From an uncultured Desulfurococcales archaeon (GTDB lineage: Archaea; Thermoproteota; Thermoprotei_A; Sulfolobales; Pyrodictiaceae): a stretch of 64,000 bases of DNA. Within the stretch, counting starts at the first letter, position 1, and each line of letters begins with the position of its first letter. Under the pieces are notes generated by a model. The model was not told where the DNA came from and did no database searches. It worked only from the letters and a program-made list of their open reading frames with translations. The position numbers and the translations under genes are program-made. Below, piece by piece: positions 38,203 to 48,370 of this stretch. The stretch covers positions 27,450 through 91,449 of the forward strand of contig CAZTIR010000001.1 in the NCBI GenBank assembly GCA_964613695.1, written 5' to 3'.

Positions 38203-38667
38203 CTAGGGAGGCGACTCTAGTATACCCTGCTCCCTGAGATATGTCTTCAAGTGGTTGAGGCTGTGGAAGGCCCCGCCCTTCGCGAGCATGTAGAGTCTGC
38301 GGTAAGTCCTACGATCTATCAACCCCTTGTCGCGCAGGTAACGCAGGTACCTCCTAATCTTCCTAATCCTGTTCATCCATACCTCCTTCGGATCGGTTCT
38401 AGCCGTCTTATCGCCCTTCCTGTGCCCCGGCCCACGCCTCCTACCCTTCTTCCTCTGCTCGTGCCGCTCTCTCCACCTCTCCCTACTGTTCCCCTTCTTC
38501 GGCTTAACCTGTATCACGCCCTCCTTGATGAGCCTCTTCACATCCTCCCTTGTTATGGCCTCTGCGACCCTCTCGTACTGCCTCGGGTCTATCCATATCC
38601 TTGACTCGCCCACACCGAGTATCTCCGCCGCAAGCCTCTTCTGGAAGCTTAGATCCGGGGTCGGCAC
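38203..38667 (-). CDS. rpl19e: 50S ribosomal protein L19e
   Basis: [19 protein letters not shown]. Confidence 0.97.
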   Translation of the reverse strand: MPTPDLSFQKRLAAEILGVGESRIWIDPRQYERVAEAITREDVKRLIKEGVIQVKPKKGNSRERWRERHEQRKKGRRRGPGHRKGDKTARTDPKEVWMNRIRKIRRYLRYLRDKGLIDRRTYRRLYMLAKGGAFHSLNHLKTYLREQGILESPP

Positions 38668-38681
38668 CGCACGTACACCCC

Positions 38682-39134
38682 CTACCCGTTAGCCACCCGG
38701 AAGCCTCTCCTCCGAGCCTCCTCGATTATTTGTAGCCTCTTGCGTAGACCCACAGTGTGGGCCACATACACGATATGCCGCTGCGGGTCTAGAGACTCAA
38801 GCTCCCTGACATTGTGGACCACTACCGGCTCTAGGCCGGTGGGGTGGAGGCCCCTAACCGCGGCAGGGCTCCCGTAGCCAACCTCGACTATCGGCGGGTA
38901 GCCCTTGAGCCTGAGCCTCATCTTGTTATCGATGCCCTTCGGCTTCCTCCAAGCCCATTGGTGGTAGAACTTCCAGAACTTCCACCACTGGTGCCTCAGG
39001 AACAACGGCTTCTTCGACTTCAGCCTCCTGCGCAGCTCAAGCAGCCTGGCTAGAGGCGAGCTCCTCTTCGCCCTTAGTATCTCCTCGCGTTTGCGCATCA
39101 ACTCCTCTATCTGCTTGCGGAGCTCCTCGCTCAC
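38682..39134 (-). CDS. rpl32e: 50S ribosomal protein L32e
   Basis: WRKPKGIDNK, VGYGSP. Confidence 0.96.
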   Translation of the reverse strand: MSEELRKQIEELMRKREEILRAKRSSPLARLLELRRRLKSKKPLFLRHQWWKFWKFYHQWAWRKPKGIDNKMRLRLKGYPPIVEVGYGSPAAVRGLHPTGLEPVVVHNVRELESLDPQRHIVYVAHTVGLRKRLQIIEEARRRGFRVANG

Positions 39135-39700
39135 TGCTCGGCCACCTCCCGCTCGTAGATGTATATCCCGTCCATGAACACGCGGCGGTCGAAGCCTTTA
39201 ACCTTAGTAGCCTGCTCTATGTTAGCCGCGGTCTGGCCAACCTCCTCTATGTCGATACCCTCGATTATCACGTCATCGCCCTGCACGCGCACCTTCACGT
39301 TACCATATATCCTGGCGACCCTGGGAGCCTTCTCGCCCAGGAAGTTCTCAATATAGACGAGCTTGTTCTTCTCATCCACCTTCACCGTGACCGGGAAGTG
39401 GCTGAACACTATCTTCATCTTATACCTGAACCCCTTAGTCACCCCCGTGATCATGTTCTCTATGTGAGATGCTATGGTGCCCACCAGGGCCTTCCTACGC
39501 CTGTTAGCAAAGTAGGACTCGACGACAACATACTTCTCGCCCTCCTCCTCCTCAAGCCTTATGATTACGCCCCTAGCGTGGCTAAAGTCGCGTGTAAGCT
39601 CACCCTTAGGCCCCTTCACGGTAACCCTCTTGCCCTCGATCTTCACCTCGACGCCCTCAGGGATCGGCACCTTCTCTACCACATAGACCGCCTTCGCCAA
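39131..39700 (-). CDS. rpl6: 50S ribosomal protein L6
   Basis: VKGPKG, NFLGEK, DRRVFMDGIY. Confidence 0.97.
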   Translation of the reverse strand: MAKAVYVVEKVPIPEGVEVKIEGKRVTVKGPKGELTRDFSHARGVIIRLEEEEGEKYVVVESYFANRRRKALVGTIASHIENMITGVTKGFRYKMKIVFSHFPVTVKVDEKNKLVYIENFLGEKAPRVARIYGNVKVRVQGDDVIIEGIDIEEVGQTAANIEQATKVKGFDRRVFMDGIYIYEREVAEQ

Positions 39701-39794
39701 CCTAGAGTCCCCGGGGGGCGTTGCTACGAGAGAAGCCCCTAAAAAGAGAGGCTCGGGGCAGGCCGGGGAAAATGGAAAAGGATGTGCGGAGGGG

Positions 39795-40196
39795 CTAGTA
39801 GACGTAGGCTAGCAGGACGCCGCCGAGCTTACGCTGCAGCGCCTCACGGTGGCTCATGACACCGTGGGGGGTCGAGATTATCAGTATGCCCACGTCCTTG
39901 CTCGGCAGGTATTTCCTCAGCCAGTCTGGCATCCTCTCCAAGTCGCGGTATTTAACCGGGAACCTGGGCTTTATCACGCCGCACTTGTTTATGCGGCCCA
40001 GGAGCCTAACCCTAATCTTACCCCATCTACCATCATCGATGTACTCGAACTCGCCTATGTAACCCTCCCTCTGCATAACCCTCAACACGTTCATGATGAG
40101 CTTCGAGGCCGGCCATATCAACGCCTCTGGCTTAGCCCTCATCTCGTTGTTATAGATGGTTGCGAGCGCGTTGGCGAGCGGGTCGAGCATTACCAT
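39795..40196 (-). CDS. rps8: 30S ribosomal protein S8
   Basis: [23 protein letters not shown]. Confidence 0.97.
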   Translation of the reverse strand: MVMLDPLANALATIYNNEMRAKPEALIWPASKLIMNVLRVMQREGYIGEFEYIDDGRWGKIRVRLLGRINKCGVIKPRFPVKYRDLERMPDWLRKYLPSKDVGILIISTPHGVMSHREALQRKLGGVLLAYVY

Positions 40197-40211
40197 AGCC
40201 TAACCACCCCG

Positions 40212-40376
40212 TCAGCTATACTTGCGGAAGCCGAGCGATACTGCAAGCTCGCGGAAGCACTGGCGGCAGAGGTAGAGCCCATACTTCCTTATCACGGCGT
40301 CGTGGCTGCCGCACCTCTGGCACTTTATCGCGCCGCGCCCATACTTCCTAACCCGGGGCGGCCTGTACTTGCCCAT
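40212..40376 (-). CDS. rps14: 30S ribosomal protein S14 (Zn type), 54 aa; below the ORF-track cutoff
   Basis: Manual translation: [54 protein letters not shown]. Confidence 0.96.
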   Translation of the reverse strand: MGKYRPPRVRKYGRGAIKCQRCGSHDAVIRKYGLYLCRQCFRELAVSLGFRKYS

Positions 40377-40423
40377 CCCCTAGCACCCCCGTTGAGCGAG
40401 CAGAACGCAAGCTTATAACCAAA

Positions 40424-40993
40424 TTACTCTATCTTAACGCCGAACATCTCGTGGAGTAGCAGCATGGCCTCCTCCGGGGTCACACGATGCCTCCTCGGTA
40501 TCCTCTTCTTCTTCGCACGCCTCCTCCTCAAGACCCTGTACCCGGGCCTCTCTATCGTAATCGCCACGTCCATGCCGAAGATCCCGATCTCTGGGTCGTA
40601 GCGGGTGCCGGGTATGAGTATGTGCTCCCTGATGCCAAAGCTCACGTTACCGAAGGGGTCGAACTGGCTCGCCCTGAGCTTGTACCCGATCGCCTCGAAC
40701 GCCTTCTTCAGGAACTCTATAGCCTTCTCCTTTCGAAGCGTGACCATGACGGCTATGTTCTCGCCCTTCTTTATCCCAAAGTCCTTTATAGTCTTCTTCG
40801 CCCTGCGGAAGACTGGCTTCTGCCCCGTTATCTCCTCGAGCACCCTAGCAGCCTTGTAGAGCCTCTCGCCCGACTCCCCCACGCCTATGTTCACGGTAAC
40901 CTTGGCTATCCTTGGCTTTAGCATAGGGTTCTGCTCCCAACGCTCCTTTATCGCCCTCACCTGCTCGGGCGTCAGGGGTATCGGGAGGCTCAT
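40424..40993 (-). CDS. rpl5: 50S ribosomal protein L5
   Basis: [21 protein letters not shown]; ATG overlaps the rps4e stop. Confidence 0.97.
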   Translation of the reverse strand: MSLPIPLTPEQVRAIKERWEQNPMLKPRIAKVTVNIGVGESGERLYKAARVLEEITGQKPVFRRAKKTIKDFGIKKGENIAVMVTLRKEKAIEFLKKAFEAIGYKLRASQFDPFGNVSFGIREHILIPGTRYDPEIGIFGMDVAITIERPGYRVLRRRRAKKKRIPRRHRVTPEEAMLLLHEMFGVKIE

Positions 40994-41757
40994 CTCCACG
41001 CACCCTCCGGCAGCGAGATTAGAGGCTCACCCCCCTTACCTATAACGAAGACGTACTCTAGGCTAGTCTGGAACTTCTCGCCCCTCGCATCCTCTAGGGT
41101 CACTATGCTGCGCTTCCTCCCCATACCCCTCTGGATGCTCACTATGCGACCCACCCTACCAACGTTCCTGCCGCCAAAGACTATAGCCAAGTTGCCGACC
41201 TCGAGCGGGACATAATCTAGCACCTCCTGCTCGGGTATGCTTATCTTCAGGGTGCCCAGCGTCTTGTAGGGCTTGGCTTCCTCGGCCCTCGTGGGGTCAG
41301 AGACGCGTATCAACACGTTCCTCCCGTCATGACAGTGTAGCTGCACGTGGCCACCCTTGACCGTGGACTTATCCTCTATCCTGCAGAGCTTGAAACGAGC
41401 CTCCTCGTCGCTTATCGGGTGCAGCGTGAAGACGTGCATCGGGTACGGCAGGATACGGTACTTCTCGCCAGTATCGACTATCTCCAAGACATCCATGAAG
41501 CCGACGGGGAACTTGTAGTCGCGGCGCACGCGGCCATCAACCTTGAAGTGGCCCTCCGCTATCAGCTTCCTAGCCTCCCTACCGGTCTTAGCGTAGCCCA
41601 GCACATCCCTCACAATTATGAGGAGTGGTATGCTCCGCTCGATGGGGTGCGGCCCCGGCCTAGGCTTGACGGTGAACACGCCAGCACGCTGCCGGACAGG
41701 CCAGAACTTTGGAGCCGCTAGTGTCTTCAGGTGGCGTCTACCACCCATCCTAGCCAT
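40990..41757 (-). CDS. rps4e: 30S ribosomal protein S4e
   Basis: [20 protein letters not shown]. Confidence 0.97.
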   Translation of the reverse strand: MARMGGRRHLKTLAAPKFWPVRQRAGVFTVKPRPGPHPIERSIPLLIIVRDVLGYAKTGREARKLIAEGHFKVDGRVRRDYKFPVGFMDVLEIVDTGEKYRILPYPMHVFTLHPISDEEARFKLCRIEDKSTVKGGHVQLHCHDGRNVLIRVSDPTRAEEAKPYKTLGTLKISIPEQEVLDYVPLEVGNLAIVFGGRNVGRVGRIVSIQRGMGRKRSIVTLEDARGEKFQTSLEYVFVIGKGGEPLISLPEGAWR

Positions 41758-41769
41758 CTATACCACCCC

Positions 41770-42189
41770 TCAGCCCTGCTCCCCCTTACCAGCCTTAATT
41801 ATAGCTAGGAACTCTTCGCGCGCCCTCCTCTTCCTCTCGATTATCTGCTTCCTCCTCTCGTCACTCAGGTCAAGCTTAACTATCATCACGTTCGAGGGGT
41901 GTATCGGGTAGTACCTCTCCTCGCCCCTCGCGTTCTTCACGGTAGCCCCCTGCACGTATATCCTCATGCGCCTCAAGTCAACCTCGACTACCTTGCCACG
42001 GTGGCCAGCGAAATTCCCCCTAAGGATGACAACCTCGTCCCCCACACGAACCGGTAGACTGCGTATACCATACTGCTCTCGAAGCTCCCTGCTAAGGGGA
42101 GCAGCCATCATCTTCTGCCTCTTGTGGAGCGGCGCGTTGAAGAACGCACGCCGCTGCTTCTTAGGCTGGCTCGACTTCACCCAGCGCAC
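41770..42189 (-). CDS. rpl24: 50S ribosomal protein L24
   Basis: [14 protein letters not shown]. Confidence 0.97.
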   Translation of the reverse strand: MRWVKSSQPKKQRRAFFNAPLHKRQKMMAAPLSRELREQYGIRSLPVRVGDEVVILRGNFAGHRGKVVEVDLRRMRIYVQGATVKNARGEERYYPIHPSNVMIVKLDLSDERRKQIIERKRRAREEFLAIIKAGKGEQG

Positions 42190-42263
42190 GCTAATACCCC
42201 GCGAGATGGGGTGCGAGAAACGCGACCTTTTATACGAATAGGTTTAGGTTGCCCCGAGAGACT

Positions 42264-42677
42264 CTAGACGATTATGCTGGCGATGTTAGCTATCCTAGGC
42301 CACCTCTCCGCAGCCTCGCGGGCGACAGGGCCCCTAATCTCGCTGCCCTTGGGGGTACCGTCCGGGGCGACTATAACCACCGCATTGTCCTCGAACGCGA
42401 CCCAGGTGCCGTCGGGCCTCCTATAGGGCCTCCTCTGCCTTACTATGACAGCCCTCACCACCTGCTTCCTCATCTCCGGGGTGCCCTTCTTGACGGTCAC
42501 TACGACCATGTCGCCCACGCCAGCCCAGGGTATCCTCCGGAGCCTACCCTTGTAGCCAACAACACCGATTATCATGACCTCCTTCGCGCCGCTGTTATCA
42601 GCTACCTGCACGTAACTGCCCACCTGGAGACCAGGGTTTATCGAGCGCCTCGAGCCAACAGTGACAGCTTTAACCAT
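42264..42677 (-). CDS. rpl14: 50S ribosomal protein L14
   Basis: ADNSGAK, FEDNA, GPVAREA. Confidence 0.97.
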   Translation of the reverse strand: MVKAVTVGSRRSINPGLQVGSYVQVADNSGAKEVMIIGVVGYKGRLRRIPWAGVGDMVVVTVKKGTPEMRKQVVRAVIVRQRRPYRRPDGTWVAFEDNAVVIVAPDGTPKGSEIRGPVAREAAERWPRIANIASIIV

Positions 42678-42710
42678 CCGCTACACCCCCGGCTTAAGGT
42701 GTGCCAGGGC

Positions 42711-43064
42711 TTACTTTACACCTAGCGGCTTATGCCCTACAACACCGAGAACCACGAAGTGGACGGTCTTTGCTAGCGGCCTAGTCTCCCCAATCACCAC
42801 TATGTCACCCTCCTTAGCGTTGATGCAGGGCGGGTTGTGGGCGTGTATCCTACTAGTCCTCCTCTCGTACCTCCTATACTTCCTATCATAGTAGAGGTAC
42901 TCGCGCTCAACCACAACAGTGTTCTTCATCTTAGCCTTGACCACCACACCCTGGAGTATGAGCCCACGCACCCTGACCCTACCGTGCCACGGGCACTTCG
43001 GGTCGTTACACGTCTTCTCGGGGGGCTTCACGCCTGGTATACCAACGTCTCTCACGTAGGACAT
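42711..43064 (-). CDS. rps17: 30S ribosomal protein S17
   Basis: CNDPKCPWHG, AHNPPC, ETRPLAKT. Confidence 0.97.
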   Translation of the reverse strand: MSYVRDVGIPGVKPPEKTCNDPKCPWHGRVRVRGLILQGVVVKAKMKNTVVVEREYLYYDRKYRRYERRTSRIHAHNPPCINAKEGDIVVIGETRPLAKTVHFVVLGVVGHKPLGVK

Positions 43065-43356
43065 ACCGCACCACCAGCCCCCTACCCTTCTCTAGCCTCT
43101 TAAGCCGCTCACTCCAACGCCCTACTATAAGCTCACCCTCCACGATAACCGACTCTCTTCCAACTCTAAACTCGAACATAGCATCCCTCTTCGTAACCCG
43201 GACCCGCCGCCCACCCGCCTCCACAACGAGGGTCCTGGCTGTCTCCTCGACAACAATGCCACAGAGGCCAACGAGGCCTGGATCGGGATGAGAGAGTATA
43301 CAAACCTCGAGGCCCACGAGGACATGGAAGAAAATATTCCAGGGCGTCCTCCTCAA
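43006..43356 (-). CDS. rnp1: RNase P protein Rpp29/Pop4
   Basis: LVGLEV, GIVVEET, operon position between rpl29 and rps17. Confidence 0.88.
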   Translation of the reverse strand: MRRTPWNIFFHVLVGLEVCILSHPDPGLVGLCGIVVEETARTLVVEAGGRRVRVTKRDAMFEFRVGRESVIVEGELIVGRWSERLKRLEKGRGLVVRYVLRERRWYTRREAPREDV

Positions 43357-43586
43357 GACCCTCCACGCCTAATCCCGAGCTCCTCCTCGCGCATAACGGT
43401 TAGTATGCGGGCTATCGTCTTCCTTATGGCCCGTATGGCGCCGGGGTTGTCGAGAGTACCCATAACCGCCTTGAGGCGCAGGCGTATAAGCTCCTCCTGG
43501 AGCTCCCGCAGCTTCTGGAGCCTCTCCTCCCTACTCATCTTGCGAATATCACCAGTCTTTATCATGAACTTGGGCTTCCTAGCCAC
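43353..43586 (-). CDS. rpl29: 50S ribosomal protein L29
   Basis: IRAIRKTIARILT. Confidence 0.96.
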   Translation of the reverse strand: MARKPKFMIKTGDIRKMSREERLQKLRELQEELIRLRLKAVMGTLDNPGAIRAIRKTIARILTVMREEELGIRRGGS

Positions 43587-44290
43587 TACTGCTCACCCCC
43601 AGTGCCGGTGGAGCCTGCAGCCTCTTGTTTAGCCTCCTCGCCTGCACCAGCACCCATCTCGGCCCTAATCTTCTCGACTATCTCCTTTACCTCCTCCGGC
43701 GTCTTTATCCTCACGTAGTCCACGGGCTTCACCGGCTTCACTATCTTAACCTCGATGCCGTAGACACCGGGCTTGAGAAGCACGTGCATAACAGCGCGAT
43801 CAACCATGTACTCCACCTGGTGTCCAGTGCTATACACTTTACCCAGCTTGAGCTTCTCGTAGCGTGCACGCTCTGTTCTAAGCTTACCGCTGATAACTAT
43901 CTCGACCCCCAACGCCCCCGCCGCCAACACGCGCCTAGCCATGACATGCGCGACTCTACGATAGTGGGCGCCGCGCTCGAGTAGAACAGCTATGCGAGAC
44001 GCCACCACCCTAGCGTTGAGATCCGGATCCTCTACGCGGCGCACGCTAACCTGCGGGTTGTTCAAGCCGAAGTGGTTCTCGAAGATGTACTGAAGCTCTC
44101 TTATCGTCTGGCCGCCACGCCCTATTATCATGCCCGGCCTCTCGGCGTAGATGTAGACTCGGTGGCCTACAGGCAACTCTATTATCTTGACTCCCGCGTA
44201 CCCAGCCCTATAGAAGCGCCTAGCCAGGTACTCGTCTATCTGGGCCTCGCGCAGAGCCCGCTGTATGAAATACCTCTTGATGAGCACCAT
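43586..44290 (-). CDS. rps3: 30S ribosomal protein S3
   Basis: RPGMIIGRGG KH domain, ISGKL, KPGVYGIEV. Confidence 0.97.
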   Translation of the reverse strand: MVLIKRYFIQRALREAQIDEYLARRFYRAGYAGVKIIELPVGHRVYIYAERPGMIIGRGGQTIRELQYIFENHFGLNNPQVSVRRVEDPDLNARVVASRIAVLLERGAHYRRVAHVMARRVLAAGALGVEIVISGKLRTERARYEKLKLGKVYSTGHQVEYMVDRAVMHVLLKPGVYGIEVKIVKPVKPVDYVRIKTPEEVKEIVEKIRAEMGAGAGEEAKQEAAGSTGTGGEQ

Positions 44291-44292
44291 GC

Positions 44293-44763
44293 TTACTCCT
44301 CCTCCGCCACGATTATCTCAATGTGGCTACGCCTCCTCCATTTAGGTGTGGCTCTGCCAAAAGCGCGGGGCATCCACCTCTTCAGCGTAACCCCCTTATG
44401 TACAGCCAAGTGTACTATCCTAAGTCTACTCGTGTCGAGACCCTTCTGCTCCGCGTTGTTGACTACATTATCGAGGAGCTTTAGTAGTATCTTAGCCGCT
44501 TTCACCGGGTAGCGGCCAACAGGCCAACCATACTTGTCGGCAAGCCCCCTGTGGTGAGCCTGCTTGCCGTGGTACCTCCTAACGGGTATAGGCTCCTCTA
44601 GCCTGATAACCCTCTCGAGGAGCCTCCGAGCCTCATCCACGCGCTTACCTCTAAGCACTCTCGCAAGATCAACAATCTTCTTGTAAGAGATGGGCGCGTC
44701 CCACACCATCGCCCTCGCGCTCTTCTCGGGGTCTACCTGCACGCTGTACTTCCAGCGAGGCAC
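44293..44763 (-). CDS. rpl22: 50S ribosomal protein L22
   Basis: GTG start at 44763 after GGGG; GRYPVKAA, PRAFGRA; the ORF-track extension to 44886 is not coding. Confidence 0.96.
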   Translation of the reverse strand: MPRWKYSVQVDPEKSARAMVWDAPISYKKIVDLARVLRGKRVDEARRLLERVIRLEEPIPVRRYHGKQAHHRGLADKYGWPVGRYPVKAAKILLKLLDNVVNNAEQKGLDTSRLRIVHLAVHKGVTLKRWMPRAFGRATPKWRRRSHIEIIVAEEE

Positions 44764-44800
44764 CCCTATCGGCACCCAGCGTGACGCAAACACCCAGCCC

Positions 44801-44828
44801 TTATAACCTTGAGACGAGAGGGTATAAT
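44801..44828. promoter_or_regulatory. Back-to-back TATA boxes: TTATAA (rpl22, minus strand) and GTATAAT (sRNA, plus strand)
   Basis: TTATAA at 44801-44806 upstream of rpl22; GTATAAT at 44822-44828, about 24 nt upstream of the sRNA 5' end. Confidence 0.6.
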
Positions 44829-44849
44829 ACGCGGAAAGGATGAAGAGAC

Positions 44850-44916
44850 GGGGGATGAGCGAGCTGACCTGCTCTGAGGAGGCCACGATGAGGAGAATGG
44901 CGGCAGCTGCGACCCC
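44850..44916 (+). ncRNA. Candidate box C/D sRNA with two guides to adjacent 16S sites
   Basis: GGGG-GAUGA-GCGAGCUGACCUGCU-CUGA-GGAGGCCAC-GAUGA-GGAGAAUGGCGGCAGCU-GCGA-CCCC; own TATA box. Confidence 0.75.
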
Positions 44917-44917
44917 T

Positions 44918-44945
44918 AAAAGGAGGAAGGAGAGGTGGGGAAAAA
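44918..44945 (-). terminator. Pyrimidine/oligo-T terminator tract after the surface-protein gene
   Basis: Minus strand reads TTTTTCCCCACCTCTCCTTCCTCCTTTT. Confidence 0.5.
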
Positions 44946-44984
44946 CGAGAGGTCAGGCAAGCTTACATAATTTTGACGCGGTTC

Positions 44985-47900
44985 TTATGCTCTCCTAGCG
45001 CCCAGGTAGAAGGCTGCCAGACTAGCGGCTAGGATTGCCGCTAGAGCCGCGTATACCGGTAGGAGGTCGGCTGGGCTGACTATATTCAGCGGCTTGAAGT
45101 CTTTTAGGCCTACTCTAACGATTGCTGGTGGCAGCGCTATAGCGACTGGCAGGCCGGTGAAGCTGCTAGCCTTCGGCAGCGTGGTAGAGTCGAATGCTAG
45201 CGTTATCCTACACGCCTTCGTATCCGCGGTGATAGCGTAGCTACTCGTCTTCACCCATGCCGCACCATTGTAGTAGTATACGTTGACTATCGATGCTAGC
45301 TTCTGTGGCGTGTTGTATATCACACAGTAGTCTGGCGGTATGCTGAGGTTCAGCTCTACCATACTCGGCGTCGCCCCGACAACCGCAATATCGTAGGCCT
45401 TCGCGTAGCCCTTAGGCGCGCCCGGTATCATCGGTATAAGGTTGTAGGCTACAACGAATGTTGGCGTGCTAGGCGTTGACGTGAAGCTGACAGTAATGTA
45501 GTCTGTAACAGCATTCACACTGGTCGTTGCAGCCGACACCATCGCATAGAACGGCCCTGTCCACACCTCGGCGTTCATGAGTCTCTCCACCACATAGTTT
45601 GCTGCCGCACCCTCAGCAGCCATCGGCGAGTATATCTTGAGGATACCATTGTCGAGCTCATTAACTGAGCCTATGTTGACAGTCGCGTAGAATACTGCTA
45701 GCTCGCCATGCCTCACAACCAGCGTGCCACTCACATTCAGTGTACCACTCATGAAGACGCCTGTCGTCAGGTTCACGTAGGCTTCCTGGGCGTAGAGCTT
45801 GCTGCCGCTCGCCGCCATAGCCGTCACGTTGAGGCCCACGTAGGTTAGTGGCGCGGTATCCTCTCCCAGCTCGGCGTTGCTGAGCATTACGGTGCCGGTG
45901 TAGCCGCTCGTCGAGTTAATAACAAGATTGCTGGTCATCAGCTTCACGTTTACAAGACATACTTTGGTGAGCGGCACTGTGATGTTCAGTGTCGGCATTT
46001 CTACTGTTGCTATGCCCGCCATGCCTATTAGCGCGAACTTTCTGTCCGCTGGAGTGTACCTCACAATAGCTTCGGTCAAGTAGGGTCTTATATCATAGCT
46101 CGTCGAGGTTAGGAGTATCTTGCCGAACACCTGCGACGCTGCACTCTCGTTGTACCATACTAGCATGCCAGTAGTGCTCGGCGCATACTCGTTACCCGCG
46201 AACACACCCAGGTATACGCCAAGGGCTGGCGAGGACGCTATGTAGGCTGCATCCTTCGCGGCATACTCTCTAATCGTCAACGTGGTGCTGGCCGGCTCTT
46301 CAACAAGGCCGTAGCCCTCTGCCACTATATTACCGTTCACCTGGTAGCTTCCAGTAACGTTCGGCGCCATAACCACGATGCCTACCTTTATACCGTGGTA
46401 GACCGGCGCCGACACATACTCTGGCGTGAAGACGTTAAGCGATACATTCACCTCCCCGCCAGCCTCGTTGGCCCTATACTGCTGCACTGGCAGGAAGTTG
46501 TCGAACCACGCCACGTACCCGACGAACTTGGCGCCACTTAGGCCGAGTGTCACGCTAGCATTATAGATGGTGTTGGTGACGAGCAGGCTAGGCGCTATCG
46601 TTATGTTAATCAGGCCTACGCCGTAGCCATATTCTAGGGTTGTGCTGCTAACCTCTGTGGTCCTCACCGGAGCCCACATGATGACGGTGAACGGCGTTGT
46701 AGTGTTTAGCGTGACGCTGGTGCTGGTAGCCTCGCCAGCGAGGTAGCGAGCAGTGGACGCAGTCATGTTCACGGCCACTACTGTCATCGGAGCCGCGAAG
46801 CTCTCGGTATAGCTCCACTGCGCGCTGTTCTGGAATGGTAGGAGTACGAGCGCCGTGGCCTCCGGAGTTACACCGGTATAGACTAGGACCTCTCTGAACT
46901 CGGGTACGCTAACCGCGCCCGAAACCCAGTTAGCGAGATTGAGGCCTGCCTCGAGCGTGACGTTTATGTCGCCCGTTGCTGGCTGCGGTAGGTTGTTGAC
47001 TACAACGCTAGTCTCTCTGCTCGTGATCATATCGTAGAGGCTCGAGCCGTACTGCTCTACGCTCCCAGTAGCCTGGGATATCTTAGAGAGGTATGCGTAG
47101 ACGCTCCACGCACTATCGGCGGTAAGGCTCGGCGCGTTAACGAGGCCCAGGTATGCCTCGTCGCCGGTCACTCCACTCGCGTTAGTGAATTCTAGCGAGC
47201 TGGAGGCATTCACGTTTAGCAGGCCTACCTCCACGTTATTCGCCGTAGCGTTCACATAACCGGATGTAACTGTCGTAGCGTAGACTAGGCCTAAGCTGCT
47301 TGTATTGAGCTTGAGGGTTCCAGCCTCCACGCCAGCAACCACAGCGGCCTGGGAGACGTTTATCTCGAGAGTGCCCGACACGCTAGCACCGTCGACAACC
47401 GCCATCGTGTAATAGTCTTGGCTCGGCATCTTGAGCTCGCCGGTTACGCTGAGACCCCTGAGCCTCATAATGAGACCGTTTATCGTTATGCTCGTGGTGT
47501 TGCTGCCGAAGGTTGCCTGCACGCTTGTAGGCGTGTAGAGTGACTCTATGCTGGCAGTATAGCTGCTATTCATGCACACCCTGATATACCCGGAGGAGAA
47601 CAGGGTCTCGTTGATATAGGCGTCTGGTAGGCTAGTGGTGTTCAACAGCTTTAGCGTGTACTCTAGGCTCACGGGCCCAGCTATGATGAACGGCGTTGAG
47701 GATACGCTAAAGCTCGGAGCGAAGCCCGCCGTGAAGCCTACTGGCGCTACAGTCGCGTTAACCTCTAGAAGTGCCTCAGCCGCGCTACCGGCTACAGCGG
47801 TGCCGTTTTCAGCATACTCCGCCTTTATATACCCGCTGGCGGTGCTCGAAAGCGCTACCATGATGAGCGTCACGTTGAGGTCGTTGTAGTAGACAGTCGT

Positions 47901-48248
47901 TGTGCCGCCCACGTTGGATACATTCACGTATATTGTTAGGTTGCGCGCTGCAGCATCCCACGTGATGTTCAGGGGTTGCGCGGTATAAGCACCGCTATTG
48001 TCGGTGTAGGTTATGAGCGCATAGGCTACACTGAATCCATCGGGTATCGTCACGTTAAGCGATACTACAGCAAAAGTGCCAGCATTCAGTGCGACATTCT
48101 CCGTCATATTTACGTGTACTGCAAACGCCACGTGAGGAGCTACCCTGTTATTATCGGCCTCTAGCGTTATGCTCGTCGCGTGCGCGACAACGCCAACCGC
48201 CAGTAGGGCAACTGCTAGTAGAAGCGCGAGATACACCCTACTGTGCAT
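44985..48248 (-). CDS. Large secreted, membrane-anchored surface glycoprotein (S-layer/adhesin-like), 1087 aa
   Basis: Signal peptide, T/S/A/V/N-rich beta-type sequence, about 30 N-x-S/T sequons counted by eye, Pro-rich linker + TM + RRA tail; GAGGTGA SD and AT-rich promoter at 48250-48365. Confidence 0.85.
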   Translation of the reverse strand: MHSRVYLALLLAVALLAVGVVAHATSITLEADNNRVAPHVAFAVHVNMTENVALNAGTFAVVSLNVTIPDGFSVAYALITYTDNSGAYTAQPLNITWDAAARNLTIYVNVSNVGGTTTVYYNDLNVTLIMVALSSTASGYIKAEYAENGTAVAGSAAEALLEVNATVAPVGFTAGFAPSFSVSSTPFIIAGPVSLEYTLKLLNTTSLPDAYINETLFSSGYIRVCMNSSYTASIESLYTPTSVQATFGSNTTSITINGLIMRLRGLSVTGELKMPSQDYYTMAVVDGASVSGTLEINVSQAAVVAGVEAGTLKLNTSSLGLVYATTVTSGYVNATANNVEVGLLNVNASSSLEFTNASGVTGDEAYLGLVNAPSLTADSAWSVYAYLSKISQATGSVEQYGSSLYDMITSRETSVVVNNLPQPATGDINVTLEAGLNLANWVSGAVSVPEFREVLVYTGVTPEATALVLLPFQNSAQWSYTESFAAPMTVVAVNMTASTARYLAGEATSTSVTLNTTTPFTVIMWAPVRTTEVSSTTLEYGYGVGLINITIAPSLLVTNTIYNASVTLGLSGAKFVGYVAWFDNFLPVQQYRANEAGGEVNVSLNVFTPEYVSAPVYHGIKVGIVVMAPNVTGSYQVNGNIVAEGYGLVEEPASTTLTIREYAAKDAAYIASSPALGVYLGVFAGNEYAPSTTGMLVWYNESAASQVFGKILLTSTSYDIRPYLTEAIVRYTPADRKFALIGMAGIATVEMPTLNITVPLTKVCLVNVKLMTSNLVINSTSGYTGTVMLSNAELGEDTAPLTYVGLNVTAMAASGSKLYAQEAYVNLTTGVFMSGTLNVSGTLVVRHGELAVFYATVNIGSVNELDNGILKIYSPMAAEGAAANYVVERLMNAEVWTGPFYAMVSAATTSVNAVTDYITVSFTSTPSTPTFVVAYNLIPMIPGAPKGYAKAYDIAVVGATPSMVELNLSIPPDYCVIYNTPQKLASIVNVYYYNGAAWVKTSSYAITADTKACRITLAFDSTTLPKASSFTGLPVAIALPPAIVRVGLKDFKPLNIVSPADLLPVYAALAAILAASLAAFYLGARRA

Positions 48249-48370
48249 TACTCATTCACCTCTATAGGGCCAACGTTACCATTACACGATAAATGCTGTT
48301 TCCTCATGCATCGTTTAGTAAGACATATAAGTCTGCACAACTCTAGTGTACGTTAGTTTATTTTTCGCTC

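Noticed and set aside
44764-44886. N-terminal extension of L22 in the ORF track
   Set aside because: It crosses a TATA box and an antisense sRNA; homology starts at the GTG at 44763. Similar over-extensions were trimmed for PCNA, the thioesterase, the CDP-alcohol transferase and L34e.
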